Positions 39,363 to 52,336 of a stretch of 64,000 nt of DNA are shown one piece after another. The position numbers were made by a program, and so were the translations under genes. Location of the stretch: assembly GCF_006345805.1 (NCBI RefSeq), contig NC_043004.1:18972001-19036000 (forward strand). The letters run 5' to 3'. Under the pieces are notes generated by a model, which was not told the DNA's origin, made no database searches, and saw only the letters and a list, made by a program, of their open reading frames with translations. The stretch comes from Octopus sinensis. Taxonomy: Eukaryota. Position 1 is the stretch's first letter. Every line of letters begins with the position of its first letter.

Positions 39363-39834
39363 TCTAAGGTTTAAAATGTAACTTTATTTTGTTATCAATA
39401 TTCTAGCGATGAAATTTTGTATGTTTGTTTGAAATCAGTTCCTTCCTCTGATGAAGAATTCAAATAATTCAAAACACAAGAAGATGCATACGCAAACACA
39501 CAGAGACAAAATAAACTGTTTAGCTGCATGATATATCATCGGCTTTCGTTTACTGGATGGTGCGGGGGATTAGATTTTGGATCGTGAAAACCCATTTGGT
39601 CAGAATCGAAATACTGAATGAACTGATCCAATACTGATCAACACATCCTTTACCTAAGTACATTTATTGGAAAGAAGACATCGAAGGTAGAAGTGATTAA
39701 TTAAATGCCACTAAAATGTATATTATCCTATAGATTGTTTCGAGGAAGTTAATAAAATATCGCACATAAGTAGGACAAGACAGTGGATGCCAGATCGTGA
39801 CCCTCCTTTCATCTCATGGTACCCAGTCGGTTTC

Positions 39835-40140
39835 GACGACGAGGGTTCTAGTTGTTCCGATCAGTGGAACAGCCTGCTCCTGAAATTAATGTGCAAGAGA
39901 CTGACACTCTACAGACACGTGTACCCTTAACGTAATTCTCAGGGAGTCTCCACGTGACACAAAATGTAACAAGTCTGGCCCTTTGAATTATAGGTAATAT
40001 TCCTTTTGCCCGCTGAGTGGACTGGGGCAACGTGAAATAAAGTCTGTTACTTAATGACACAAAGCACCACTGGGAATCGAACTCACGATCTTACAATCGT
40101 GAGCCGAATACCCTAACCACTAATTCTCCCGCTTTCACGC
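39835..40140 (-). mobile_element. SINE family C, near full length
   Basis: Minus-strand head tagtggttagggtattcggctcacgattgtaagatcgtgagttcgattccc (A/B boxes), followed by the family C body. Confidence 0.88.
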
Positions 40141-40659
40141 TACATGTACCTAAAACTGATCGGACGTTTCAGGCACGTAAATCAGAATGAAGAGTCGTTT
40201 GGCTATCAGCCAGGAAAAGAGAACTTGTTGGTCCAACATCCCTCAGTTTGAGTTTGGTGAATGGAGTAGGTTTTGCCTCTCCAGGCTGGGCTTCACAAGT
40301 CACCTTCGCAAATACACTGGAAGGCCTCAGGTTGAATACAACCAAATTGTAACAGCTAGTCTGCTTTGCGATCACTGTGGTAGCGAATTTTCTAATCGAT
40401 CTGGACTAACATGGCACGCTGCAGCGAAAATAAATGTACCGTTCAGAACGAGATTGCAACACATGTCGATGAATATCAATGTCGTATCTACAACAAAAGA
40501 TGCAAGTCACTTGCTGGTTTTTGAAAGCCATTGTATCCCATGATCCCAGAGACAAGAACATAAAATAGACATAGGATAATTTACCAGTCATGTTCATACT
40601 CGTCTAACGAGTTGAATATTAAATCTTAGAGCGAGTTATAAACAGTAGCTGCAACACAT

Positions 40660-41002
40660 CGTGATGTATATTTGCCATTTAAATATGGCTAACCCCTAAA
40701 GGTGGCTGCTACTGTAGTTTGTAGCCCCAGGAGGACACCTCCTCCAGCGGACTCGAGTTTCTGAGTATCTGGGTATTGATCCGTCTCTGGGTATCTGGGT
40801 ATTGACGGGTCAATACCCAGAAACTCGAGTCCGTGTGTATCATAAGTTGAAGACGGGAAGGATGGCTTCCCTTTGCAAATACTGATAGGGCACAGAAAGT
40901 GTGTCGAAAGCCAGCTGGAGGAGGTGTCCTCCTGGGACTACGAACTACAGCAGCATCCACCCTTAGGGGTTAGCCATAGTTAAATGGCAAATATATGTCA
41001 CG
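40660..41002. mobile_element. MITE with 89-bp TIRs and a nested internal inverted repeat
   Basis: cgtgatgtatatttgccatttaaatatggctaacccctaaagg...cctccagc versus gctggagg...aatggcaaatatatgtcacg; internal ggactcgagtttctg / cagaaactcgagtcc. Confidence 0.9.
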
Positions 41003-41324
41003 AGTTGAATATTTTCAGAAATAAATGAATACAGTGAGCCTGGCTGACGATCCTTGAGTTCGAAGATACAAAATGTGAAATTAGTTGATACCTGGATATC
41101 TGTTTCTTGCTTCTGTAGTTTATACACGATAACCCTATTTTGCTATATTCGTTGCCTTCACCGTGCGTATTTATTAACAGTGAAAAATTTGTGGTTTTGG
41201 AGTGTTAGCTCCTCTTTCTAGCAAATGGTTTTCTGAAACACTGCTTTTATTATTTGTGTCTGTGTGAATATATATGTATATATATATACACACACACACA
41301 TAATATTATTTAATAGACACAGTA

Positions 41325-41400
41325 CATGTTTTTATGTGCTACTAATAGTTTCGTATGTTGAAAATACTTCAAATATATTCATCAGGCACAAATCACATAT
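41325..41400 (-). ncRNA. Minimal type I hammerhead ribozyme candidate (family H3)
   Basis: Minus strand tgtgc-CTGATGA-stem II (two A.C mismatches)-GAAA-cta-t-tagt-A-gcaca: 5-bp stem I plus distal atatgt/acatgt; stem III ACTA-T-TAGT; cleavage between 41340 and 41339. Confidence 0.75.
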
Positions 41401-41617
41401 CGTAACGAATTAAAATTGAATTAGAGAAGAAACGCGAAGAGAAACGTGAAGGAAGCATATAGAAAACGTAGAAGGTTAAAAACAGAAAACGAAAAACAGA
41501 AAGCGAAAAAGTGAAAATTAAAAAGTAAGGAGACCTTAAATTATAAGGGTGGAAAGTTATCAACAAGTTAATCACGTATAGGCGGAATTTTCCAATTTTT
41601 AAAAAAATGTACTTCAA

Positions 41618-41766
41618 CGTGTGGTAAGCAGCTTTCTTACGAACCACATGTTTCCGGGTTCAGTCTCACTGCGTGGCACCTTGAGCAAGTGTCTTCTACT
41701 ATAGCCTGGGGCCGACCAAAGCCTTGTGAGTGGATTTGTTCGACGGAAACTAAAAGAAGCCTGTTG

Positions 41767-41830
<64 letters not shown>

Positions 41831-42050
41831 TGTGTGTGTATATACGTTTGTGTGTCTGCGTTTGTTCTCCCAACATCGCTTGACAACCGATGCTGCTGTG
41901 TTTACGTCGCCGTAACCTAGCGGTTCGGCAAAATACACCGATAGAATAAGTACTAGGCTTACACAGAATAAGTCCTGGGATCAATTTGCTCGACTAAAGG
42001 CGGTGCTCCAGCATGGCCACCGTCAAATGACTGAAACAAGTAAAAGAGTA
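41618..42050 (+). mobile_element. SINE family B, near full length
   Basis: Colinear with 22583-23020. Confidence 0.9.
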
Positions 42051-42933
42051 TATGTTTTACAGCCACTAAAATTGTGTGTGTGTGTGTGTGTTGTGTGTGT
42101 GAATATGTGTGTGTATCTCAATATCCTTACCTTGTGTAATCTACAAATAGTTTATTGTTTAAATAACCTAATTCCGAACATTATCTATCCCGTCTAGTAA
42201 TTATCCTAGACTTAATTATAATGTTACAAGAGCGTATCTATGGCAGAATTGGTATGAACAAATATATTTCACGTATGTATACAACTATTCTATCAAGTAT
42301 CAGTGTACAGTGGCGAGATCTCATAATTAAATATTAGATAATCCACCATTGCTTCAGATAAGCCGCTAGATTTTGCTTTTGCTGCTATTTACCCCTATGC
42401 CTGATATATAAAAAAGAAATTTGTTATGTACCCATTAACATCTTGTCATTATTTCTAGCCAGTGCACACCTAAGGCCGCGTTTGCAAATGTGTCTTTCCT
42501 TCTTTTGTTTTTTTTTTTTAAAAACTCAGTCTATTTTTATGTGATAGAGATTTGTTTCTATATCTATTTAGATACATCTTCAGTTGTCTTGTGCTGGTGT
42601 TTACTGTTTTTCTAAACAACAACCATTTTACTACATCGCCTGAGTCCAATTTTCTGTTGAGAATAGGGTCCACGTCTTCTGGGAATATAACATGCATCTA
42701 TCTCCAGTCGGAAACCAACACCGAAGAGGCCAAAAAAAAAAAAAAAAGAGGTTTTGAGTATCGAATTACATATAATCTCGATTTGATTGATTGCATATAA
42801 CTGAATGTTCAAAAATACAAATACAATCCCACTGAAAGCATTAAATCAAATATTATCCCTCTTAAACCCATGTGTTTCTTAAGAGAAATGATGTGTTGGT
42901 GGATTATTTCTTATTAACATTGTATATTCTGAA

Positions 42934-43241
42934 TTAATTAAAAGCATATTTCACTGCAGTATAATTAAGATTATTGTTGTCTTGTCCCAAAGCAGCCTTA
43001 ATGAAACAATATCCATTTTGTCTTTTGTTTTCTAAGATGGTATTGTGTATCTCAAGAGGTATCTGGTTGGTATTTCTACCAGATCCAGTGACCGCGTAGT
43101 AATATCCTTCTTGGTTCGTATTGTTAATATAGTATACAGTTTCCAGGAGTATCCTCATTAATACATTTTCCCCAACCAAACCTTCCTTTAGTATTTTCGT
43201 TGTAATGAATTGTATATGTTCACAGGCAGACACAACAGTGG
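42934..43241 (-). CDS. Candidate coding exon of unknown function (~102 codons)
   Basis: Longest non-repetitive, non-TE ORF (119 aa); good acceptor ttatcttacAG| at 43242-43; protein-like composition; no recognisable family. Confidence 0.35.
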
Positions 43242-44166
43242 CTGTAAGATAATCCGTGAAGTCAGAAAACGATGCTTGTAGGGGCTCAATCATTTGTTCT
43301 CATTATGCAATCCCATGAATAGATTATCGAATCCATAAGTTAATATTCGATTAATGATTTTTAAAATTATAAAGTATATTTTAGGAGATCATGAATAGCG
43401 CAAACGAGAATAATTTGTATCTGACAAGAACTGGCGTTTTACTGTCAAAGTTTGGAGGAAATTTGATGTGACAGTAATGGAAAGATAAAGAACGAGAGAA
43501 AGCGCTGCAAGTCATCTCAGCTAATTCGCATTGAGAGGACTCTATAATTCAAGGAATGACCATAAGCTAACAAATGTTGGGGATGAAATATAAAATTACA
43601 TATGTATAGTGGATAATTAAAGAATAAACCGAAGATCATTAATTTAGTTGATAGATTTCTGAGCTTAGAATCGTAAAATATGCATTTCTGTTATCAGCGT
43701 ACATCTGTAATTAAAAGCACCACAAAAACTGTTCGATCCAAACTATTGTAAATAAATACTATGGAGAAGCTTGAATCTATAATCATTGCAAATTGATGAG
43801 GTCGATACAACAGATGTTTATGTAAATGGTTTCGGGGCAAATGTCAAAAGGGAATTGCAGAGGGTTTCGTTTCTGGATATTTAGAATTCAGAAATACTTA
43901 GATCGATGTTTGAACAATAGCAGTCATCAGATAAGTTAAGCATATGTGGCTATGTAAAGGTGGGTGTGGTGCGTTGTTTGGTACTTCAAAGACGATTCAT
44001 GACGAATTTATTCGCTCTTATTGAACGTTGATAAGGGAGCATAATGTAATCTTTTAGAGGAGAGTTCCATCACTTTCAAAAACTAATACTTGTACATATC
44101 ATATAGCCATCTTATGGCTATATCACTTTTCTGACTATGGAAGTGTACCTGGGATATCATTCCCAA

Positions 44167-44232
<66 letters not shown>

Positions 44233-44250
44233 ATCTACACATACTGCCAA

Positions 44251-44386
44251 TCCGTCAATTACGACGGCGAGGGTGCTAGTTGATCCGATCAACGGAACAG
44301 CTTACTCGTGGAATTACCGTACAAGTGGCTGAGCTCCTCACAGACACATGTACCCTTAACGTTGGTCTCAGGAATATTCAGCGTGT
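44251..44386 (-). mobile_element. SINE family C, 3' fragment
   Basis: gttgatccgatcaacggaacagc...cagacacatgtacccttaacg matches 39855-39935. Confidence 0.85.
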
Positions 44387-44545
44387 TATTGTTGCTGCTG
44401 AACACCGTTTTGATAAATAGTAGGTTGATTTGAACTCTTTCTATCAACTCTCCTCCGGCTATGTATCTGGATCAAGAAAGTAACGTTCGCATTGCCGTCA
44501 CACGAATTCGTTCACTGATACTTTATAGATAAGTCAAGAAAAAAA

Positions 44546-44748
44546 AACGTTAGCACGCCGGACGAAATGCTTAGCGGTATTTCGTCTGTCTTTATGTTCT
44601 GGGTTGAACCTAGAACGTAAAGGTCAAGGTCGACTTTGCCTTTCATCGGGGGTTGATAAATTATGTACCAGTTGCGTACTGGGGTAGATCTAATCGACTG
44701 GCCCCCTCCCCCAAAATTTCGGGCCTTGTCCCTAGAGTACAAAAGATT
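44546..44748 (+). mobile_element. Monomeric family-A SINE with the alternative tail
   Basis: aacgttagcacgccgg...gtcgactttgcctttcatc...actggccccctcccccaaaatttcgggccttg. Confidence 0.88.
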
Positions 44749-46315
44749 TATGAAAAACAGGGTCATTCTAATAAAAAAAATGGTGTTGATATTTTAAATT
44801 GAGCAAAAGATGTCTAACTGGGAATATAGATGAACATGGACTACTATTAATAACTTTCTCTGCAATAATGGAAGGCATTATTATATAAATGGTGTTATTT
44901 TTTCTAATTGCCGCCATTGTTCCTTCGATTGTGTACAAAAACAATCAACAGCATTTCCCATTAGACTTGCTTCCTATTATTGCCAAATATTCGATTCTTA
45001 ATAACAAATGCAAAAGCAATAGGAAAATGAAAATTTATTACACTGATTTCGATAATATCCTTGTTCCTTATGAAAGTATAAATGGGTGGATGAATTTTAA
45101 TTGTAATTTCTTCAAACGAGCTAGAGTTGAAAAATTATAAAGAAAGCTCATTAATTATATTTATCGATTTTCATATTAAATCGCATGTATATCGAGTTGT
45201 TCCAAATTTGTCAGTAAACGTAGTATTTCAAAATCATTTATTTTATTTTCAAAATTTATAGAAGTCACAATAATGCTAACTTTATAATGAATATATTTCA
45301 TTGCATAAAAATATTTTAATAACAAATTTCCCAGAGAGAATATAGGCAGCTATATTTCGCATTGCATCTCTCATTTACCATTAAGCAACATTTAACCTGT
45401 AATCTGAAAAGGGCAATAAAAATATATCATGAGACTTGATGAATTATTCAGTTTTCTTTCTTAGGCTCGTTCTTTACTTAATATTCACGTTTCGAATCAC
45501 ATAATAATTATCAAATTTAATAATCATTAATTCTCTTTCTCTCGCATATGCTACGTGAAATTTCTAAACTATGCAAAATAATTAGTAATTCAACTTGAAA
45601 AGGAAAATAAAATTTGTTTTAACCTTTTAATTTTATTTTATTCATTATCATATTTTTCTCAAATAGGGTTAATGTGTTGACGGAACTACAAATCGGAGTT
45701 CAATATAAAATTTCTAGAGATTTTCGTAATGTTATTTATGCATTCAAATATTATAGCCCAGATAACTTTTCCAGTAGTTTTGAAACATATACCTGGCAGT
45801 GGGATTAACCAAAGTACATTTTGACACGTAATACAGAAACAATTATATATGATAAATACAATGAGTAACACTGCCAAAAAAAATTTGCTGTATTGATACC
45901 AACAGTTGGTATTACCAAATCTGTGTGTGCTGAATTCAAATGAAGTTAGCTTTTCTCCGTAAGCTCTAGTATTTTTGCAATTAATGATTTTATGCTTTCC
46001 AAATTTCGATTTCCCGAGATATGAGGTAATCAATTTGAGAATTTTGTAGTTATACTATCTTCAAACTAGTTGGAAGGAACAAAACTCTATACATTGAGAT
46101 TCTAATTTTATTTATATATACGAGTTAGTGATCCATAATACAAATCAGGCTATAAAAATGATATTTCTTGTTCCGATGCTGAGTAAAATAAATTTTACAA
46201 TGTTCCAGTATCTTGCGTCATATGCTTTTCAGTTGAAAATATATATTATAAAAAAATGATAGGTGTACATATTTAAGAAACTGATTAGGATGGTAGATAA
46301 AACACAAATAGATCT

Positions 46316-46893
46316 TATTTAGGCAAGAATTTGCGCTTGGAGCACTTGCGTTTGTAGACTTTCTCAGGCAAATCCTGTCTAATGCATCAGTAGTAGTTTA
46401 TGTCCCATCGCCCTTGATGGCACTCTTCCATTGTCTTGGTGGAAGCACTCTCTTTCTTCATCACTTAAATCTCCAAGGTCTTCAGGGAATTGATCGAGGT
46501 GACTATGCAGGAAATAGAGTTTAATACTCATGGTATTTTAGTCGGTCAGTAACTATTCTTATGTCATTGTATTCTTGCAAACGCATTGAGTGACCAACAG
46601 AAACTGCTCCATAAACATTACCATTGTGTCGGATAATACACTTTAGACTGCGCTTTAAACTATCTAGAAATAGTCGCCAGTCAGTTGAACTGTACGAAGT
46701 GATTCCTCATTTCTGGAGAAGACTGGGAATATCATGGCAGTAAATAAAGTGTTTCTCTTCTGAAAAAAAAATGACATAAAAATCTGGTCTCGCTTTCGAA
46801 AATAAGAAATGTTTGCAGTGTGGTCAAGTAAATATTTTTCTTGCTGCCTGGACACTAAAACTTTAGCTGAAGCCTTGGAGAGTCCCATATCAT
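46316..46893 (-). mobile_element. DNA transposase remnant, CMC/Chapaev3-like
   Basis: Minus strand: LND-MGLSKASAKVLVSRQQEKYLL; IYCHDI..DWRLFLDS.KRSLKCIIRHNGN; MSIKLYFLHSHLDQFPEDLGDLSDEERECFHQD; YKRKCSKRKFLPK*. Internal deletion. Subfamily label is from recall. Confidence 0.8.
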
Positions 46894-47065
46894 TCAGGCA
46901 TGGATAGACTATAGAAAACCGTTTGATAGTGTCCCACAATTGTCTACTCAAGATCCTTGAGATATACAAGTTCTCTCCTGTCCTCTCCAGATGCTTACAA
47001 GGTAGCATGGCCAAGTGGAATACATGTCTCCTTCTAAACCATAGTAATGGGATGAGCCAATCTGC
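46894..47065 (+). mobile_element. R4/Dong-like LINE reverse-transcriptase fragment
   Basis: AWIDYRKPFDSVP, then LLKILEIYKFSPVLSRCLQGSMAKWNT. Confidence 0.8.
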
Positions 47066-47114
47066 TAACTTTCCGACTTTACTACTACTACTACTACTAA
47101 TAATAATAATAATA

Positions 47115-47328
47115 ATCCTTCCTACTATAGGCACAAGGCTTGACATTTAGGGTAGGGGTAAGTCGATTATATCGACTCCAGTACTCAGCTGGTACTTAAT
47201 TCATCGACCCCGAAAGAATGGAAAGCAAAGTCGACCTTGGCGGAATTTGAACTCAGAACGTACAGACAGACGAAATACTGCTAAGCATTTCGCTTGGCGT
47301 TCTAACGTTTCTGCCAGCTCGCCGCCTT
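47115..47328 (-). mobile_element. Family-A SINE with an (ATT)n/(AGT)n tail
   Basis: Reverse complement of the family A head and core. Confidence 0.9.
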
Positions 47329-48214
47329 AATAATATTAATAATAAGAATAAAATAATAATAAGAATATGAAAGATGTCAACATTCCTTTATAATGCACCA
47401 TCAGCTGAACAACCTCAATTCAATACATTTAGCCAGCAAGAGAAATCTATAGAACTCTTTTAAAATAATATAATTCAGTATATTTTTTTGAGGTCTGCCA
47501 GATTCGAATATCCATTGAAGTGTCACTAAAGTGTCAAACTTCATATCTGAGAAAGCATATATTAACTCCTATTCGATCAAGCTTTCATTTCATCTTTCAT
47601 CTCTACATTCGCTTAGGGAAAGGCAAATGCAGTGCAATGAAAAACATTTACACTTTAGCTGAATGACATAACCATATCTCATAGGATATTTTGTTGAGTG
47701 TTTTCTTTTTGTCTATTACATTGTATATGTAACAAAAAATATGCAGTGCAATCCAATGGTTTAAAGGTATCTCTGAAATACAGCTTCTGTGATATCACAT
47801 GGCTAATGGCATTAAATTTCAGAAAATAAACTTTATTTCATTTCGCTGAGTAACAATAAAGAAAATATTTGACTAATTCATTCAGCTCTTGATAAATAAA
47901 GCATGACTTCGTAACGAACCATTTGTGCTACCCGGAACAAAAAGTGCCGTATCAAAGACAAGGATTACTTGTTATCAGTCTGTGTTTGGGTCTTAGAGTA
48001 AAGCTTCCCAGTTAACCGAATGATTGATGTAGATTCGATTATAATTTGAAGCAATTTTATTTTATATACTACTATACAAATGAATAAAAACATAGCTTTA
48101 ATATCTCCTCTAAAACAAATCATTTTTGTGTCCCTAGTCAAATAGAAATACATTTAGTAACGTAAGATATTGTTGACATTATTTTGGTCCACTTTCTCTC
48201 TTCCAAATTTGCAA

Positions 48215-50110
48215 GGATTTTCACTTTGGAGAGATCCTTTCCCTCCCATTTCTCCTTTGTATAATCTTGAGTCTCTCTTTGTTTTTATGTTTCATTCTTT
48301 GCGTACCTTTTCAGTTGTTTTGTCTCTATCAAGATTTTCCTGGGATTAATTAGCTTCTCGTTTTTATTTTATATTTTTCTTTATGTTGGCTAAGGTTCTA
48401 AGTATTTTTCTAGATTTACTTAGGTTTCTCTCTAACAGATTGCTTTCAGTACCAAGCTCCTTCTTGCCTGTAACCACTATAGTTTTCGTTCTTATATACG
48501 TTTTCTGATTCTGGTTTTCTGTAGCCGATTATCCTTTTGCCAGTAGTTTTAAATCATCAATATGAATGAAATACTGTACAGCTTTTCCATAGCATTTGTA
48601 TTCTTTGTTGATGTGATTCAATACATTTGTTAATGAATTTTAAGCATAAATAAATCAGTTAAGCTAATGGTATCTTTTGTTATAAGAACAGGATTGGTTT
48701 TATCATCTTCTTAAATAGAGATACAATTGATGTTTTCTTGTTTGACATGGCGTGTTTTATATACCGTCTTTGTATTAGTACTATTTCCCTTGTGTACACC
48801 ATCACCAATATGCAGGAGCCTGGCATGCATATAGTCGTATATTTTGCATAGTGTTTCCAGTAAATGTTCGGGATACCGATATCTCTTCTTTTCATCTATA
48901 TATCTTTCTCTGACATATTTGATTTCTTATATTAAGATATTATTTTCTAGATTGTTAGTCAGCCTGTTTGAGAGTATAGAACTTAGGAGTGTTTATTTTT
49001 GATTAATCGGTTGTGGGTTTCTTGGTGGTTTTACTTCGGAATATGAAGTTGTTTTCTCCTCAACTAATCAATCTGATGTTGGCTTTGCAATCAGTTGCAA
49101 CTCATTGAATAGTGTTGTTTCAGATTCATGTATATAACTTAAACAAAAATTGGAAGATTCATTAATTCCGGAAGCTTTCCATTTGCCAGTTTACCGTTAG
49201 TTTTAGAATCATTTCAATGGTGTTATTAAGTTCTAAATTTTCTTTCTGTATGTATTTTTAATGTGTTTGTATTCCTGTTAAAATCGGTAAATCATTCAAC
49301 CAACTATTTTGTTCTTCATTTGATGTCCTGTAGGATATTTTGTATTCGGTTTAAATGCATGATTCTGGTTGACATAGCGCTCACTTTTTTCAAATACTTT
49401 GACCATCATGTCGCAGCTGTCAGCTATTCTTTTCAAGTTTCTTTTGCTTTCAGGATGTCTTCTCTATTCCTGATTTTATAGGTTTTTTTTTTGTTTGAGT
49501 TGTTTTCTGAAGACTAACACGAATATTTTTTTCCAAATTATCTACCGTTTTCACTTTTGGGTATGTGGGCTTAGACACAGGAAAACTGAAACTATTAAGT
49601 TCAAATCTTTTCTCTCCATACTGACATGGCTATTGATTGAATTATGCTATTTGTCCGACTGATTTTGAGCGTTACTTCAAAGAATGTATTTTAGATTCCG
49701 CCTGTATTTTACTTATGCATGTTCTTGTATTCTATTTGTATTCACATATTCTGTTTGTGTGGACAATTTTACGCAACTGTGCATTTGTTATTCCTGTTGT
49801 GAAGCTCTGTAAGCTTGGAAATCTAATGGCAAGGCCACTTTCCTGATCACCTGTACAATGATCTTTAAAATGTTTTCGCATTTCATATTTATTTCTCCGA
49901 GTTTCGTTTTGTTATGTTGTTATGGTCGATCTACGTTGGTCCTGTTAAGATATACTACTTATTCTAGGTTCATTAATATTGTGTTATGGGGTTTCAAGTG
50001 TTTTGTGTGTACCGCTCTCCGTTTTTCTGCTTTTAGTATATATTAATGACATGAATTCTGTTTTAGTGTTGAGGAATGAATATTTCTCATTATGAATCTA
50101 CGCACTCTCT
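48215..50110 (-). mobile_element. Highly decayed R4/Dong-like LINE
   Basis: Minus strand GIPNIYWKH (pre-RT), a degenerate IFQGD region and FIHIDDLKLLAK (YMDD motif); A-rich coding-strand skew. Confidence 0.65.
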
Positions 50111-50284
50111 GAAGTATTTAAATGCAGTGTTTCTCATTTTCCCTATCTTCAGAATCCAGTGGTTTCGATCCGGCAAGTATTTTCAGACAAGGAAGTGATA
50201 TAGGTGGCAGATTTATGAAACTGGTTGTCATTTTCCCCATCTTCATATCTGAAGTCTATTTTGTTTTGAACGTACTACCAAAAG

Positions 50285-51695
50285 CGCTAAGAACATATGA
50301 GGCGGTGAAAGGAAAATTTAAGAAGTCGTTAGGCATTCTGCTAGGCCTTCTGGGAGCAAATACATGCAACCCAAAAGTGTTGTAGAGCGTTGGACAGACT
50401 GCCGATTAAATTTCATCTTGGGTTCGCTTGGTCTAGACCTCCAGATGGACAAGAATGGGGAAGAATTGACGAGCAGTGTGGCTAATTTCATCAAGAAGTG
50501 GGCGGAGAGGAAGCCATCCGTGGAAGGTCAAATCCCTATGTTTCATCCGTTATCTACAACAACTTGGCCGTCGTCCATTGCCCTGAATAATAGCTGTTCA
50601 GAAAGGAACGCATTCTGCTAGTCTGACAGTCTATTTGCTGTCAACATGTGCTGCGTGAATGACTGGGTATACTGTTGCTAATAACATTCAAACATGCGCT
50701 GAGGTTTACTTGACGGTGAGTTGGTATAGTTGCCGTCTGTTAGACGTTTTCTTTCCGCAGATCGAGTCTTTGACAGAGCGACAACCTAGGATCAAGCGTA
50801 TATCGAGATAGGGTGTCTGGCACTTAGCGTACTCTCAGGTGCTCACAGCCCTCTGCCTGTCGGGCAATGCGATCGGTGGATGTTTAGAGAAGTAAGATTG
50901 TCAATCTGTTGGGGAAAATCTGGGAGTCAATGATAAATGTCTCACTGGTCTTTTTCGGAAGATTTTCGTGTCAGGACCTATAGATAATTTCCAGAAATTC
51001 CTGAGCTGGGGTTGCTACAAGGGAGCATTGCTGTTTCGGAAGAAGTTCTACAGGCATGGAAATGCCGTCAGTCGGGCCTGCCCAAGATTCGTACAAAGCC
51101 ACGAAGCCATCATGCACGTGCTCGTACAGTACTCAATTTAAATGACTTGTGGAGTTAATTAGAACAGTTAGTGTAGGACGGATCTAGCTATTGGCCAGCA
51201 CCATCGCGAAGATCACTCACCTTCTCCCTTTGGCTGAGCAGGCGGTTTTACTCTGGCTGGTAGCTATGTAGAAAGAGGTTGTGTGATGGACTAAACTGAA
51301 AAGATTGGAGGTAAACACTTTTCATTTCGGTCAAGACTGCATCGATTTCAAGTTCCACCTGCGAAGGAAAGTAAGGGCGGAGACAACGGAGCCGTTCCTC
51401 AGTACATTTGTAAAATCGTGTGTGAGTGTAGTGAGAATGACTTGAATAAATGGAGCTTGTCTAATCATGCATCAATAAGCGGGTTGGGGTGGGGACAAAG
51501 AAGGAGGGAGGAACACTTGCCGAGGTACTACTGGTGAGTAGAATGATTCAGGGTTCGTGGAGTTGCACAGTCAATCCTTGGTAGCGTTTCGCTCTTATAA
51601 GAGAATCTGAATAGAATTTTTTCTTAATTGTTATTGTCTTTTATTGTTTATATTGTTTACACGTGGCTTATCCTAAATGTTTTTGCGGGAATTAT
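50285..51695 (+). mobile_element. L1/Tx1-like LINE 3' portion (RT thumb, zinc-knuckle region, 3' UTR)
   Basis: LRTYEAVKG..KSLGILLG; GLDLQMDKNGEELTSSVANFIKKWAERK; ACPRF..EAIMHVLVQ (CCHC remnant); followed by simple-repeat tail. Confidence 0.75.
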
Positions 51696-51740
51696 GATGA
51701 TGATGATAACAACAACAACAACTAATAGTAATAATAATAA

Positions 51741-51789
<49 letters not shown>

Positions 51790-51812
51790 GATACTACTAC
51801 TATTACTACTAT
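51695..51812. repeat. (ATG)/(AAC)/(AAT)/(ACT)n compound microsatellite
   Basis: Seen directly. Confidence 0.95.
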
Positions 51813-52182
51813 TGCACGTATAGTTTTTCGTACATTTTATGTTGTAAGTTTACAGTACGTACTTCCCGATTGTTATTCTTGGGTTGAATAATACCGGTAT
51901 TATTTAATTTACTCGTAGTTTTTTTTTGTACATGGTGTTTGGGGCCGGAGATGATCTGGTGTTGATGGATCGTAATGTATCAAGCATGTTTACATGTGTT
52001 GTGTTAGAGGTGGAGATGATATCGAGTTAAACTACATCATTTCGTTTTGAAAATAGTATTAAATTTCAATGAGTATTACTTACTCGGATATAGTCCAATC
52101 CTTTGTCAGTTATTTTTTAGCTCCATGCGATGTCTTTGTTTCCGATGTTTGTGGATAGATTTCGGAGCACTGTTTTATCGCT

Positions 52183-52284
52183 CTCACATGTTTAACGTCC
52201 CCACAGATGTTTAACGTCCCCCTCACATGTTTAACGTCCCCCTCACATGTTTAACGTCCTCCTCATAAGTTTAACGTCCCCTCA

Positions 52285-52286
<2 letters not shown>
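52183..52286. repeat. ~20-bp minisatellite, five units (tcacatgtttaacgtcccc), followed by (ATT)n
   Basis: Tandem units without spacers. Confidence 0.92.

Positions 52287-52336
<50 letters not shown>

Noticed and set aside
39440-39485. Hammerhead-like CTGATGA-a-gaatt/aattc-AAAAC
   Set aside because: G12 is replaced by A, and no stem III or convincing stem I forms; at best a decayed relic.
40060-40140. tRNA-like sequences (also near 3053, 22583, 38977, 63300)
   Set aside because: These are SINE heads with A/B boxes fused to SINE bodies; no complete cloverleaf.
42545-42620. Minus-strand CTGAAGA, 7-bp stem II, GAAAC
   Set aside because: No valid stem III/UH site in type I or type III topology; the best fold puts G at position 17.
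46894-50110. Idea that the plus-strand R4 fragment is an inverted piece of the minus-strand R4 element
   Set aside because: The minus element appears to retain its own diverged version of that region; the two look like different subfamilies.
52183-52286. Possible CRISPR-like array
   Set aside because: Units are directly adjacent with no unique spacers, and the context is eukaryotic.
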